Shown: positions 18,537-27,088 of the stretch, in pieces
Layout: each line of letters starts with the position of its first letter
Numbering within the stretch: the stretch's first letter is position 1
Virus record (IMG/VR): IMGVR_UViG_3300027896_000052
Span: 1-55,286 of that record
Length of the DNA: 55,286 bases
Source of the DNA: a virus
Taxonomy: Duplodnaviria > Caudoviricetes
Reading direction: 5' to 3' (one strand)
The notes under the pieces: generated by a model
Seen by the model: only the letters and a program-made list of their open reading frames with translations
Told to the model about the DNA's origin: nothing
The model's database searches: none
Made by a program: the position numbers and the translations under genes

Positions 18537-19652
18537 TTAGCAGTTGTGCTCGAGGCAGCGGATCAGAACGACGGCGTTCGGATTCTCGAGGGCCAGATCG
18601 ACCCGCATCGAGTAGAAGATGTAGGTCGCCTCGTCCTCGGGCGCGCGCTTGCTCTCGAGTTTGATGTCCCGCTGGATCCCGACGATCAGGTTCCCCTTCG
18701 GGGTGAGCAGGACGTCCGTATAGTTCCCGGCGCCGAGGATTCCGTCGGTCGAAGGCGTGGCCGTCGGATCGCCGAGAGTCGTCGGCATGAGCGGGCAGTC
18801 CAGGATCGGGACCCGTCCGTACTGGGGAGTCATCTCCCCCTTGAACACGGCGTCCCCGATGGCCGTCGACCGCGCGCTTAGGGCTCCAAGATAATCCTGG
18901 GTCACGAGGTCGCTGTTGAGGAAGCTCATGTTCTTGAGCCCGTTTTGGGTTTTGTACTTGGAGGGCATGTTCTTGAGGGCCTGGTGGTACTTGAATTCCC
19001 AATTGTAGGGCTGGGTCGTGGCCTGTTCCGCGATCAGGCCGTCCATCGAAAAGTCGGAGCCCGACGTCCCGCCTTCGCAGGCGTTCAGGATGTGGGGCTC
19101 GCCGGCGACCGCGTTGTAATAGGCCCCGCCGATCGAGGAGTGGGTGATGCGGTACCGCCAGCCGTCCCACATGCCGCGGATGTCGTCGACCGGGAAGCCG
19201 TTGAGGCCGTGGGTCTCGGAGATCCAAAAGGCTTCCTCCAGCTCGTTGGCGATCTTCGCCGTGATGATCTTCATGAGCTGGTTCTTGTAGGCGTCGGCCG
19301 TGATCCCGACCGGCAGGTCCTCGAGGTCGTCGTCGAAGACGGTGATCGCCCCTCGGACCTTCTGGGTCGTCAGGGTGATCTTCGAGGAGACCCATTGCTT
19401 CTTGTACTTGGTCTCGTTGAATTGGGCTCCGGGATAGAGGAAGTGCCCGCTGCCGAAGCCGATCGCCCGGATCAGCTTCTGGGGCTTGCCCATGCGTTCG
19501 ATGCGGGCGTAGTCCTTCATGACCGACTCGTCGACCATGTAGTCGATGAAGCGGTCCGCCTCCTCCTCCGTGAGCGTGATCGTCGGGAGGGAGATGAGGT
19601 TGTACCCCTTCTCCATCTTGAACCGCTCGAGCAGTTTCTTGGTCGTATTCAT
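18537..19652 (-). CDS. Major capsid protein (HK97 fold, XkdG-like)
   Basis: 'LTEEEADRFID', 'KIANELEE', 'LLTPKGNLIVGIQRDIKLE', 'RVDLALENPNAVV'; strong codon bias. Confidence 0.9.
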   Translation of the reverse strand: MNTTKKLLERFKMEKGYNLISLPTITLTEEEADRFIDYMVDESVMKDYARIERMGKPQKLIRAIGFGSGHFLYPGAQFNETKYKKQWVSSKITLTTQKVRGAITVFDDDLEDLPVGITADAYKNQLMKIITAKIANELEEAFWISETHGLNGFPVDDIRGMWDGWRYRITHSSIGGAYYNAVAGEPHILNACEGGTSGSDFSMDGLIAEQATTQPYNWEFKYHQALKNMPSKYKTQNGLKNMSFLNSDLVTQDYLGALSARSTAIGDAVFKGEMTPQYGRVPILDCPLMPTTLGDPTATPSTDGILGAGNYTDVLLTPKGNLIVGIQRDIKLESKRAPEDEATYIFYSMRVDLALENPNAVVLIRCLEHNC

Positions 19653-19710
19653 GGTTTCGATACTCCTGTTGAGTTTGCTGGGTTAGCCGCCGTAAAGACT
19701 TTTTCCGCCC

Positions 19711-20508
19711 TTAGTCGGCGTCGTCCTCGGGCCCGCCGAGGGAAGGCCACAAAGGCCCTTCGACCTTCTTGATCGGCTTGCCGTCCTTGTCGAGTTCGGG
19801 CTCGTCGCTCTTGTCGCCATCCTGGCCCTTGATGCTCTTGGAGATCCCCCGGCTCTTTTTCAGGGCCGCGTTTTCGTCCTCGAGCTTCTTGAGCCGCGCC
19901 TCGATGGCGTCGTCCTTGTCCTTGGCGGCCTTCTCGAGCGCCGCCTTGGCGTCGACCTGGGCCTTCTCGCCGGCCTTGATGACGGCGATCAGCGCCTCGG
20001 GCTTGCCCTCGTACTTCTGCAGGGCCGGGTCCGCCCCATCGCCCGCGATCATCGCGTCCAGGATGTCCTGGGCCTTGGTCATCCCGTCCTCGATCATGGT
20101 CTTGAGCTTCACCAGCTCGGCCTTCGTGGCCTTGCTCAGGCGAGCTCCGACTTTTTCGAGGGTGACGTCTTCGCCCCCGCCATCGGACTTGTGAGCCGCG
20201 ACCGGAGCCGCGGCGGTTGTGGCGCCCCGGGCCAGGGTCTGGATGGCCGCGAGGACATCCTTGGGCATTTCGTCCGCATACTTCCCGAGCAGGCCGACCG
20301 CCATTTTGAGGGCCTTTTGGGCTTCCTCGGACATAGCGCCCGCCTTCTCGAGCTCCTCGGCCGTCAGCTCGAGGCCGATCGACTTCAGGATTTCGATGAG
20401 TTTGTCCATGGTGTGCTTCCTTTTGATGATAGAGAATTTTTTACGGTTCGCGGCGGCATCGACCAGGCTGATCTCTTCCACCTCGATGTCCGTTAGCTTT
20501 CGAGCCAT
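19711..20508 (-). CDS. Capsid scaffold with N-terminal protease strand (EISLVDAAAN); possible internal start at 20409
   Basis: Helical, charged protein just upstream of the MCP; GAGGAG RBS at 20508, AAGGAAG RBS at 20409. Confidence 0.8.
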   Translation of the reverse strand: MARKLTDIEVEEISLVDAAANRKKFSIIKRKHTMDKLIEILKSIGLELTAEELEKAGAMSEEAQKALKMAVGLLGKYADEMPKDVLAAIQTLARGATTAAAPVAAHKSDGGGEDVTLEKVGARLSKATKAELVKLKTMIEDGMTKAQDILDAMIAGDGADPALQKYEGKPEALIAVIKAGEKAQVDAKAALEKAAKDKDDAIEARLKKLEDENAALKKSRGISKSIKGQDGDKSDEPELDKDGKPIKKVEGPLWPSLGGPEDDAD

Positions 20509-20660
20509 GCAGGGGCTCCTCTCTCGTCGTTTCGGGATTCCCCCTGCAGGTTGCCGGCGGGTGATCCGGCTGCGTCCTCGAAGGCTCAACGTCGCGGCGC
20601 CGCGTCATTGCGACCGGCCCGCATCTTGACCGTCAGGTCCAGCGGTCCTTGTTCGGCTCC

Positions 20661-20689
20661 AAAATAGGGCCGATCTATACCGATGTCAA
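20661..20689 (-). promoter_or_regulatory. Sigma70-type promoter for scaffold-capsid genes
   Basis: TTGACA-17-TATTTT with an upstream A-tract. Confidence 0.65.
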
Positions 20690-20714
20690 GGAATATTTTT
20701 TTGGGAGGCCGACG

Positions 20715-23111
20715 TCAGTCTGCTTTTTTGGTCCAAACCGCCGCGGCCTTCCGCGCGGTCCCGCCCATGGAGAAGCCCGTGAGCTTTCCGCTCTGGACTT
20801 CCCCCCAAATCTCGGGATCCGTGACCTTGATCATCATCCACCACGAGCCGGCTTTAATGATCTCTGTCCCTTTTTTCATGTCGGCTTCGGGTTGGAAGCT
20901 CTCCAGGATCGGGAAATAATGGGCCGTCCCTTTGTGCATGACCTTGATCCGATTCGGATTTTTGGCGTAGCGTTCCATGAAGGAATACATCGCCGCGGTG
21001 ATCTCGGCGGCCGTGGTCATGTCGCCCTGGGTATCGACGGCGTTCGGTTCGTAGATGATCCCCCCGCAGATCTGCTGGGCGGCATCGACTTTCCGGATCT
21101 GGAAGACGAGGCGCTTCGAGAACCAGGCCCGCTTCTCCGTGCCCTCTGCCTTTTTGAATTCGGGCGGCTCCTTCTCAAATTCCGCATAATGGGATTTCAG
21201 GTGGTCATAGATCCCGGATCTGTCGGCGACCGGGACGGAGATCTGGGTGCGTCCGCCCTGAAGGGCCGCCATCGCAGCCGCGACGCCCCGCCAGACCGCC
21301 TTCAGACCGTCGGCGTGGTGATGGGGCAGCTTGTAACTCCCTTTGTTGTCCGGAGCTGCAGGATCGACCCATGCACAGATCTTCGCCAGCGTCTCGACGT
21401 CGGCAGCCGCGACCTCGGCGCCAGCGTCCCAGGCCTCAGCCTCCGGAGCCGTCCCATAATCGTGATAGGGGATGACGCCGGCCGCGGCTTTCCCAAAAGG
21501 CTTGGGGGCATGAGCCTCGGCCCAGGTCTTCGCCTTCTCCTCCGTCCATTTGTTCTTGTCGAAGAGGTAGGCCTGGATGTGGGTCGTCCCGCTATTGTCG
21601 GCGGTAAGGTTCCCGATGACGGCTTTGATCCCAAGATCTGCCGAGAGATCGATTATCCGAAACGAATCTTGGGCGAAATCGGCGGGATCCGTGATGCGGA
21701 CCCGGACGTATGCATCGGTCGTCCGGGCCTCGAATTTGTGCATTTTCACCATCTTACGGGCTTCGATTGCTCCATCTGCCCAGGCCGCCTCCTCCTCGAT
21801 CAGATCGAGAACATGTTGAGATGATGGCAGGGTCCGCTTTTTGATATGGCTATCGACCCAGGCTTGGGCGGCTTCCATCGTCCATTTCGTTTTGTCGAAA
21901 AGGTAGGTTGCGATCTGGTGATCGGTCACATCCTCGAGGGCTTTGATCCCCTGGGCCTCGCTCAGGATGATCGTCCGGATTTCATGACCCGCCGGGATGG
22001 CCCGGACCGGGATCCGGCGCAGGGTCATGGTCGTTTCGGGTTTGGCGATGACTTCCTGAGCCGCCTTGTCCGCGCGGAGCCGGTCTCGGAATGTCGTCTC
22101 TTTCATCAGTTCGATATTTTCTTTCGTGTCCATGGATGCCTCCCGTTTTTCGGTTTGAATATCATCTTGCGGGATGTTCTCACCAGACCCGCCAGGATTT
22201 CCTTCATCGATCGCCAAGGCCGAGGGATCGATCTTTTCGATCGGATCCTCATCCTTGCCCTTGCCCAACTCGACCGCCGGATCCGGACCGCCGCCGGGTG
22301 AGTTCGGCTTATTGCAGATGCCGCCGACCGGCTCCTCGTCGCCGCAGATAATACATCGGGGATGGCCATTCGGATGCGTCCACTTCGCGGGCTCGAATTT
22401 GTGTACGCCTTTGGCTTTCGCGCTCTTTGCGCTCTCTCGGATGACGGCGCTCTCGGCTTCGAAGCTCGCTTTTTCCGCCGGCGTCAGGGCTTTCCCGATC
22501 TCGAATTCAGCGTTCCCGTCGCCTCCGTTGCCGGGTACGATTTTATTCGTCGGTTTGGGCCGGAGGACTAGGTCGAAGACCGGCATATGGCTTCTGCCAC
22601 AGCCGGCGTGTTCGTAGGCAACCTGGATATCCTTCCCCGTTTCCTGCAGGGCCTTGGCCAGGCAGGCTTCGAGGGTCGCCGAGCTGTAGAAGATCCCGCG
22701 GTCTGTCCTTCCCGCCTTGATGACCACCTGGACGGCCGAGGCCTCCCGGGGATTTTTAATGAAGTCCCCGGTGATCGCCACGTAATCGTTCGCCAGCACG
22801 ATGTCGCCGAGCCCGGGAACATCCAGGCTCCAGAGCCCCTTCCGGACGACCCGGTCTTTCACCAGGCGATCGATCTCGCGTTCGCCCGAAATCGGAAGTC
22901 CGCGGCGAGTCATCTCAACCCGGAGCTCGACGTACCGGCTCAAGAAATCGCATTTCGCCATTCCGCGGATTTGATCTGTCGCCGGGTCATGGAAGAATCG
23001 ATCGAAAAGCTGGACGAAGCGGAAACGAAAATCTCGCAGCTCTCCATCATCCATGGCCTTGAAGGTCTCGGCCTTCGCTTCTTCGATGAGGTGTTTAAAT
23101 TTGGCCGGCAT
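20715..23111 (-). CDS. Multidomain prohead protease, C-terminal XkdF-like (peptidase S78_2) domain
   Basis: 'GIIYEPNAVDTQGD...GSWWM..KVTDPEIWGEVQSGKLTGFSMGG'. Confidence 0.8.
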   Translation of the reverse strand: MPAKFKHLIEEAKAETFKAMDDGELRDFRFRFVQLFDRFFHDPATDQIRGMAKCDFLSRYVELRVEMTRRGLPISGEREIDRLVKDRVVRKGLWSLDVPGLGDIVLANDYVAITGDFIKNPREASAVQVVIKAGRTDRGIFYSSATLEACLAKALQETGKDIQVAYEHAGCGRSHMPVFDLVLRPKPTNKIVPGNGGDGNAEFEIGKALTPAEKASFEAESAVIRESAKSAKAKGVHKFEPAKWTHPNGHPRCIICGDEEPVGGICNKPNSPGGGPDPAVELGKGKDEDPIEKIDPSALAIDEGNPGGSGENIPQDDIQTEKREASMDTKENIELMKETTFRDRLRADKAAQEVIAKPETTMTLRRIPVRAIPAGHEIRTIILSEAQGIKALEDVTDHQIATYLFDKTKWTMEAAQAWVDSHIKKRTLPSSQHVLDLIEEEAAWADGAIEARKMVKMHKFEARTTDAYVRVRITDPADFAQDSFRIIDLSADLGIKAVIGNLTADNSGTTHIQAYLFDKNKWTEEKAKTWAEAHAPKPFGKAAAGVIPYHDYGTAPEAEAWDAGAEVAAADVETLAKICAWVDPAAPDNKGSYKLPHHHADGLKAVWRGVAAAMAALQGGRTQISVPVADRSGIYDHLKSHYAEFEKEPPEFKKAEGTEKRAWFSKRLVFQIRKVDAAQQICGGIIYEPNAVDTQGDMTTAAEITAAMYSFMERYAKNPNRIKVMHKGTAHYFPILESFQPEADMKKGTEIIKAGSWWMMIKVTDPEIWGEVQSGKLTGFSMGGTARKAAAVWTKKAD

Positions 23112-24210
23112 CCCCTCCCCCTTCCCCTCGAGGGATCTCTTCTCCCATTTTCAGACCTTCCATGAAATCGCAGGTCGAGACCGCCGAGCATCGGAGGATT
23201 GTCAACCAGCCGTGCTTCTTCCACCAGCAGCAAGCCTGCTTTTCAAAAAGCGGGGATCCACATTCCGGACATTTTCGATTTGGATCGGCCGGCCCGATCC
23301 GTCCCTGGAGTTCGATATGCTCCCGGGCGAGTTTCAGGATATAGGCGGCGATGGCTTCCGGCTTCAGGTGGTGCTCATAATAATCTCGGCCAGCCTCCTC
23401 GACTGTCTTGCGATCGGCCGGCCGCTCGAGCCATTCCTGCATGATCGCCGTCGCGTTCGAGAAGTCCGGGGCGACCTCGATGAAGGCGCCGGTCAGGGGA
23501 AAAGCCACGGCGACCGTGAGAGGCGGGGCGATGAGGGCCGTGCCGATGCCGAAGGTTTCGGTATGCCGCCAGGTCCAGGGCCCGATCCCAGGCGCCGTGA
23601 CGTTCAGGTCGGCCCTGGCGATCGCCTGGCAATACTGGACAGCCGTGAGTTTCGGGCCCCAAAGGGCTTGGGGGACCTCCGGGCGGTTCGACCTGCCCGA
23701 TACCCCGGCTAAGATCGTCTTCCCCTTGGGCGCCTTGACAGCCTTCGTCGCCGCGACCGCCTTGCATCGGACCTCGTAGGCCGTAGACCGCAGCAGGGCG
23801 ATGGCGGCGTAGAGGCGAATGCCGCTGGCCCGGATGGCCCGATATTCCGCGAGGCCGTCCATGAGATGCGGCCCGCAGGCGATCCCTATCGGGTAGAAAT
23901 CGGGTCGCCCGGCATCCTCGTGGGTCAGGTTCATCTTGAGATAGATATCATCCTTCGCCATGACCTCCGGGTGGATTACGTGAGGAAAATCGGCGAAGTC
24001 GTACCAGGCCCTCATCATCCTGTCTTCGTCCTCGACCTGGATCGGGATGACGCCCTTACCCTCGAATCCCAGGGCTCCATGGACCATCGCCAGGAGGGCC
24101 TTGTCTTCCTTGAAGTCGATCCCTTTGGTCTGGTAGAAACCGCTGCGTAGAAAATGGGCGTAAAATTCTGCTCCATGGCCACAGGTCGGAGGCATCCGGA
24201 CTTTAAGCAT
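23095..24210 (-). CDS. Glycosyltransferase (GT-B, YkvP-like) with C-terminal Cys cluster
   Basis: 'APGIGPWTWRHTETFGIG...GRDYYEHHLKPE' and CPEC...CC...C..C. Confidence 0.65.
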   Translation of the reverse strand: MLKVRMPPTCGHGAEFYAHFLRSGFYQTKGIDFKEDKALLAMVHGALGFEGKGVIPIQVEDEDRMMRAWYDFADFPHVIHPEVMAKDDIYLKMNLTHEDAGRPDFYPIGIACGPHLMDGLAEYRAIRASGIRLYAAIALLRSTAYEVRCKAVAATKAVKAPKGKTILAGVSGRSNRPEVPQALWGPKLTAVQYCQAIARADLNVTAPGIGPWTWRHTETFGIGTALIAPPLTVAVAFPLTGAFIEVAPDFSNATAIMQEWLERPADRKTVEEAGRDYYEHHLKPEAIAAYILKLAREHIELQGRIGPADPNRKCPECGSPLFEKQACCWWKKHGWLTILRCSAVSTCDFMEGLKMGEEIPRGEGGGDAGQI

Positions 24211-25279
24211 GGCGAGTCCTCCTCGAGCGGGTGAGTCTCTGCGGTCGAGATCGTTTTACCAATCGCTTCCTGACCCGGCCTGAAAACTGCGAAACGGTCT
24301 TTTTGTCAAACTGAGCTTTTTGCTTGGCCATCATCTGGACTTCCTCGGCTGGGATCTGGGTATCTCCCTCGTCTGGGCCCTCGGCATAAACCCAGGTCCC
24401 CTCACAATTTGGATGAGCGGGCAGGACGCCCTCGGCATCATCGACTGAATAGATCGACCCATTATCTTCCCGGCATTCATCAGGATCCCCAACTGGATCT
24501 TCGACGCGCTCGAGGTACTTGATGTCGTTTTCTTTATAGGCCGAGCGGATCCCCTCATTTAGGGCATAGGAGGTTTCCGTCCGGGCGATCGTGTCCGTCC
24601 GGTAGGCCAGGAGCCGATCCGCGTACCGGCCGGCCCGCTCATCAGCCGTCTCTTCGTCCATCCCGCCATCGACGAGCTTCGACCAATAATTCCCGACGGC
24701 TGCCGTTTGCTTTTCTGTGAGTCCGACTACATTGTTCGTTCGCAGATCCCGAGCGATCGCCTGGTTCGATTTGCCGTTGACGATCCGCGGGGCGATGAAG
24801 CCGATGATGCCCTGGCGGGTCCGCTCCGTGATCTCCGTGATGAGTTCGCCCGTGTGTTCGAGGCTCCACTTGTAGGCCGCCTCCGGCTGCGGGCCCTTGA
24901 GCGGAATGTATGGCCCGGGGCTACTTCCGCCGACGTCCTTGGCCATTCGGGAGGCCTTGAATTTGGCTACCTTGGGCATGGCCAGCTCCCAGCCGGTACC
25001 GTGCCCCAGGTCAATCGATGAAAGAAAGATCCGACGGCCTTGATCCTCGACCCATTTCCAGTCGATCAGGTTGTCCGCGATTTCCGTAGCCGTCTTTCCC
25101 TTGAGGCCCGCCTTGATCTTGGTATTCAGTACCTTCCGAATCATCATCATCCAGGCAGCCGACGCCAGCGTCATCCGCCGGCGTATGGACCTGGCCGCCT
25201 GCTTTTTCTGACGGATGATCTCATGCCGGCGAGCATTCGTCAGTTTCTTCCGGATCGAAATGAGCTCGGTCAGGTCCAT
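24203..25279 (-). CDS. Head morphogenesis protein (Mu gpF / SPP1 gp7-like)
   Basis: 'IARTETSYA', 'LPAHPNC'. Confidence 0.85.
   Translation of the reverse strand: MDLTELISIRKKLTNARRHEIIRQKKQAARSIRRRMTLASAAWMMMIRKVLNTKIKAGLKGKTATEIADNLIDWKWVEDQGRRIFLSSIDLGHGTGWELAMPKVAKFKASRMAKDVGGSSPGPYIPLKGPQPEAAYKWSLEHTGELITEITERTRQGIIGFIAPRIVNGKSNQAIARDLRTNNVVGLTEKQTAAVGNYWSKLVDGGMDEETADERAGRYADRLLAYRTDTIARTETSYALNEGIRSAYKENDIKYLERVEDPVGDPDECREDNGSIYSVDDAEGVLPAHPNCEGTWVYAEGPDEGDTQIPAEEVQMMAKQKAQFDKKTVSQFSGRVRKRLVKRSRPQRLTRSRRTRHA
24291..24314 (-). repeat. 24-bp exact repeat containing TTGACA, copy 1
   Basis: Identical to 29192-29215. Confidence 0.9.
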
Positions 25280-25521
25280 TATCTTTTCTTCCGTTTCGGG
25301 TAGATTCTGATCGTCCGCCCGTCTTCCAATTCGATCTCTCCCCAAATCTTCCCATGGCCGCAGCAGGAACCGCGCATATTGATCCCGGCTTCTTGGAAGG
25401 CTCGAACGATCGGGGCGATGCACTTATCGATCTTCATTCTTTTCCACTTGGCCCGACCCGAGCAGGACAGGTCAGCCGGGATCCTGATGCGTACCAATTC
25501 GTGAGTCCCCCATTTACACAT
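25279..25521 (-). CDS. Hypothetical protein (CCGHGK motif)
   Basis: Coupled to its neighbours; recurrent phage-type motif. Confidence 0.6.
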   Translation of the reverse strand: MCKWGTHELVRIRIPADLSCSGRAKWKRMKIDKCIAPIVRAFQEAGINMRGSCCGHGKIWGEIELEDGRTIRIYPKRKKR

Positions 25522-25693
25522 TCTTCCGGCTCCGTTTCTTGATCAGGCCCTCTCTCATGAAGTCGGCCTGGAATTTGCGATACAGGGCATGGTGGGCCTG
25601 CTCATCGAGATAGACGTCGCCCATCCGAGATTCCGTCTTTGCCGCGCAGAGAGCCACGGTTTTGCTCCGTATCGTTCTTATCCGGATCGACAT
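25514..25693 (-). CDS. 59-aa hypothetical protein (MSIRIRTIRSK...; not in ORF track)
   Basis: Translated by hand; fills the gap between the phosphatase and the next gene; GAGG RBS. Confidence 0.55.
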   Translation of the reverse strand: MSIRIRTIRSKTVALCAAKTESRMGDVYLDEQAHHALYRKFQADFMREGLIKKRSRKNV

Positions 25694-25699
25694 TCTGCC

Positions 25700-26284
25700 T
25701 CAGAGCCCGACCGCTTTTTTCAGCTTCGGGATGTCGGCGCCTCGGATCCAACCCGCGAGGTTTCCCCACAGCCAATGAAATCCGAATCCGCCATGAAGCA
25801 TCTCGTCGACGGCCTGCTCCTTCGTCCAGTTTTCGAAGACGATCCTGAACAGGGCGACCGACCAGCCCGTCCGGTCCGAGCCGTGCTGGCAATGGATGAG
25901 AACCGGGCCCGGGGCTATCTTGATTGCTTTCAGTACTGCGACGGCGTCCTCGAATTCGGGGTGCCAGGTGTGGGCGGGGATGTATGTCTCTTCGATCCCC
26001 TTGGGCAATAGGGCTTTATCGGGGTGCCCGGCATAGAGGTTGATATCCGTCGTTATGCCCAACTCCACGAGGCCCTTGGAGAAGCCCTCCGCCAGCGGTA
26101 GTGCCGATCGATAGACGGTCCATCGCGCGGGCGGCGCCGAAACCCGAAAAAGGTTCGGCAGGCCGGCGACCGTCATCGACTGTGCCCAGGTGCCCGGGCG
26201 ATCGACGATCGGTACGGGGACCGCGATCGCACAGGAAGAAAATAATAGGCCGACCAAGACGATCCAAAGAATCTTTTTGATCAT
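25700..26284 (-). CDS. Exported (lipoprotein-like) Cx5R tyrosine/dual-specificity phosphatase
   Basis: HCQHGSDRTG P-loop; N-terminal MIKK-hydrophobic-FSSC; GAGGAGG RBS. Confidence 0.85.
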   Translation of the reverse strand: MIKKILWIVLVGLLFSSCAIAVPVPIVDRPGTWAQSMTVAGLPNLFRVSAPPARWTVYRSALPLAEGFSKGLVELGITTDINLYAGHPDKALLPKGIEETYIPAHTWHPEFEDAVAVLKAIKIAPGPVLIHCQHGSDRTGWSVALFRIVFENWTKEQAVDEMLHGGFGFHWLWGNLAGWIRGADIPKLKKAVGL

Positions 26285-26402
26285 ATCAGCCCTCCTCTTG
26301 GGTGATTTATTTAATCCCGGCCGAAGGTCACGATTCTGATGATACTCCGACCGCGGAGAAGAAATGCGCTCTCCGGTGCCATCCCGGTCGTCTTCAGCAA
26401 GG

Positions 26403-26762
26403 TCAACATGCCGATCCGCGATGGCCGCTGCGGTCCCTGGGCGATCGCCATCGCCTCGTCGAAAATGAGGTGATTGTCGGACCGCCTATGGGGGCCTCAT
26501 TGAGTACCCGGTCGATCATCTCCAGGACCTCGTGAGCCATGGCCATCCGACCTTCCGGCGTCTTCAGGTCCTGTTCCTGGAGGCCATCTGTGATCTTGAC
26601 GATCTTCCCATCGATGGCGGCGAGCGAAGATGATCCGGATTTCCGCGCCAGTTCTTCTTTCCAGCCAGTCCTGTCGAGGGTCGGAGCTGGCGGCTGGCCG
26701 ATCCCTAGGGGATCGCGGCGATGGCCTTCTTCGTCGACCGTGACGTTCAGGTCTTTGGGCAT
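26403..26762 (-). CDS. Hypothetical protein
   Basis: Coupled start; 3' end uncertain. Confidence 0.45.
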   Translation of the reverse strand: MPKDLNVTVDEEGHRRDPLGIGQPPAPTLDRTGWKEELARKSGSSSLAAIDGKIVKITDGLQEQDLKTPEGRMAMAHEVLEMIDRVLNEAPIGGPTITSFSTRRWRSPRDRSGHRGSAC

Positions 26763-27088
26763 CAGCCTCTCCCCCGGCCGCCAGGCACGATCAAGGCTGG
26801 GGCCGGCTTGAATTCCGGCTGCCGTCCTGGATTCGGATTCCGCTTCCGGGCCTCCTCCTCCGCCTTTTTGCTTTCGACGAGGATCTCCTCGAGCTTCTCA
26901 GCGGTGATTTCCTTCACCAGGATGATATTGCTCGCGCGCGTTTTGTAACGCGCTCCCGTCGCCGTCACGATCCCGATCATCGCCGAGGGCTTCTTTCGCA
27001 GGGCCTTGTCGAAGCTCGGGTTGTCGTAGGGCTGGTTAATCACCAGCGTCAACGGCGGCTGCTGTGTGTAGATCAAGATTGGCACCAT
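26762..27088 (-). CDS. Hypothetical protein
   Basis: AGGAGG RBS. Confidence 0.6.
   Translation of the reverse strand: MVPILIYTQQPPLTLVINQPYDNPSFDKALRKKPSAMIGIVTATGARYKTRASNIILVKEITAEKLEEILVESKKAEEEARKRNPNPGRQPEFKPAPALIVPGGRGRG

Noticed and set aside
20509-20714. Intron joining protease and scaffold
   Set aside because: Only ~200 nt, no group I/II hallmarks, and it contains its own promoter and RBS
26311-26500. Possible frameshift extending ORF 26403-26762
   Set aside because: An alternative open frame exists but there is no slippery site or homology evidence
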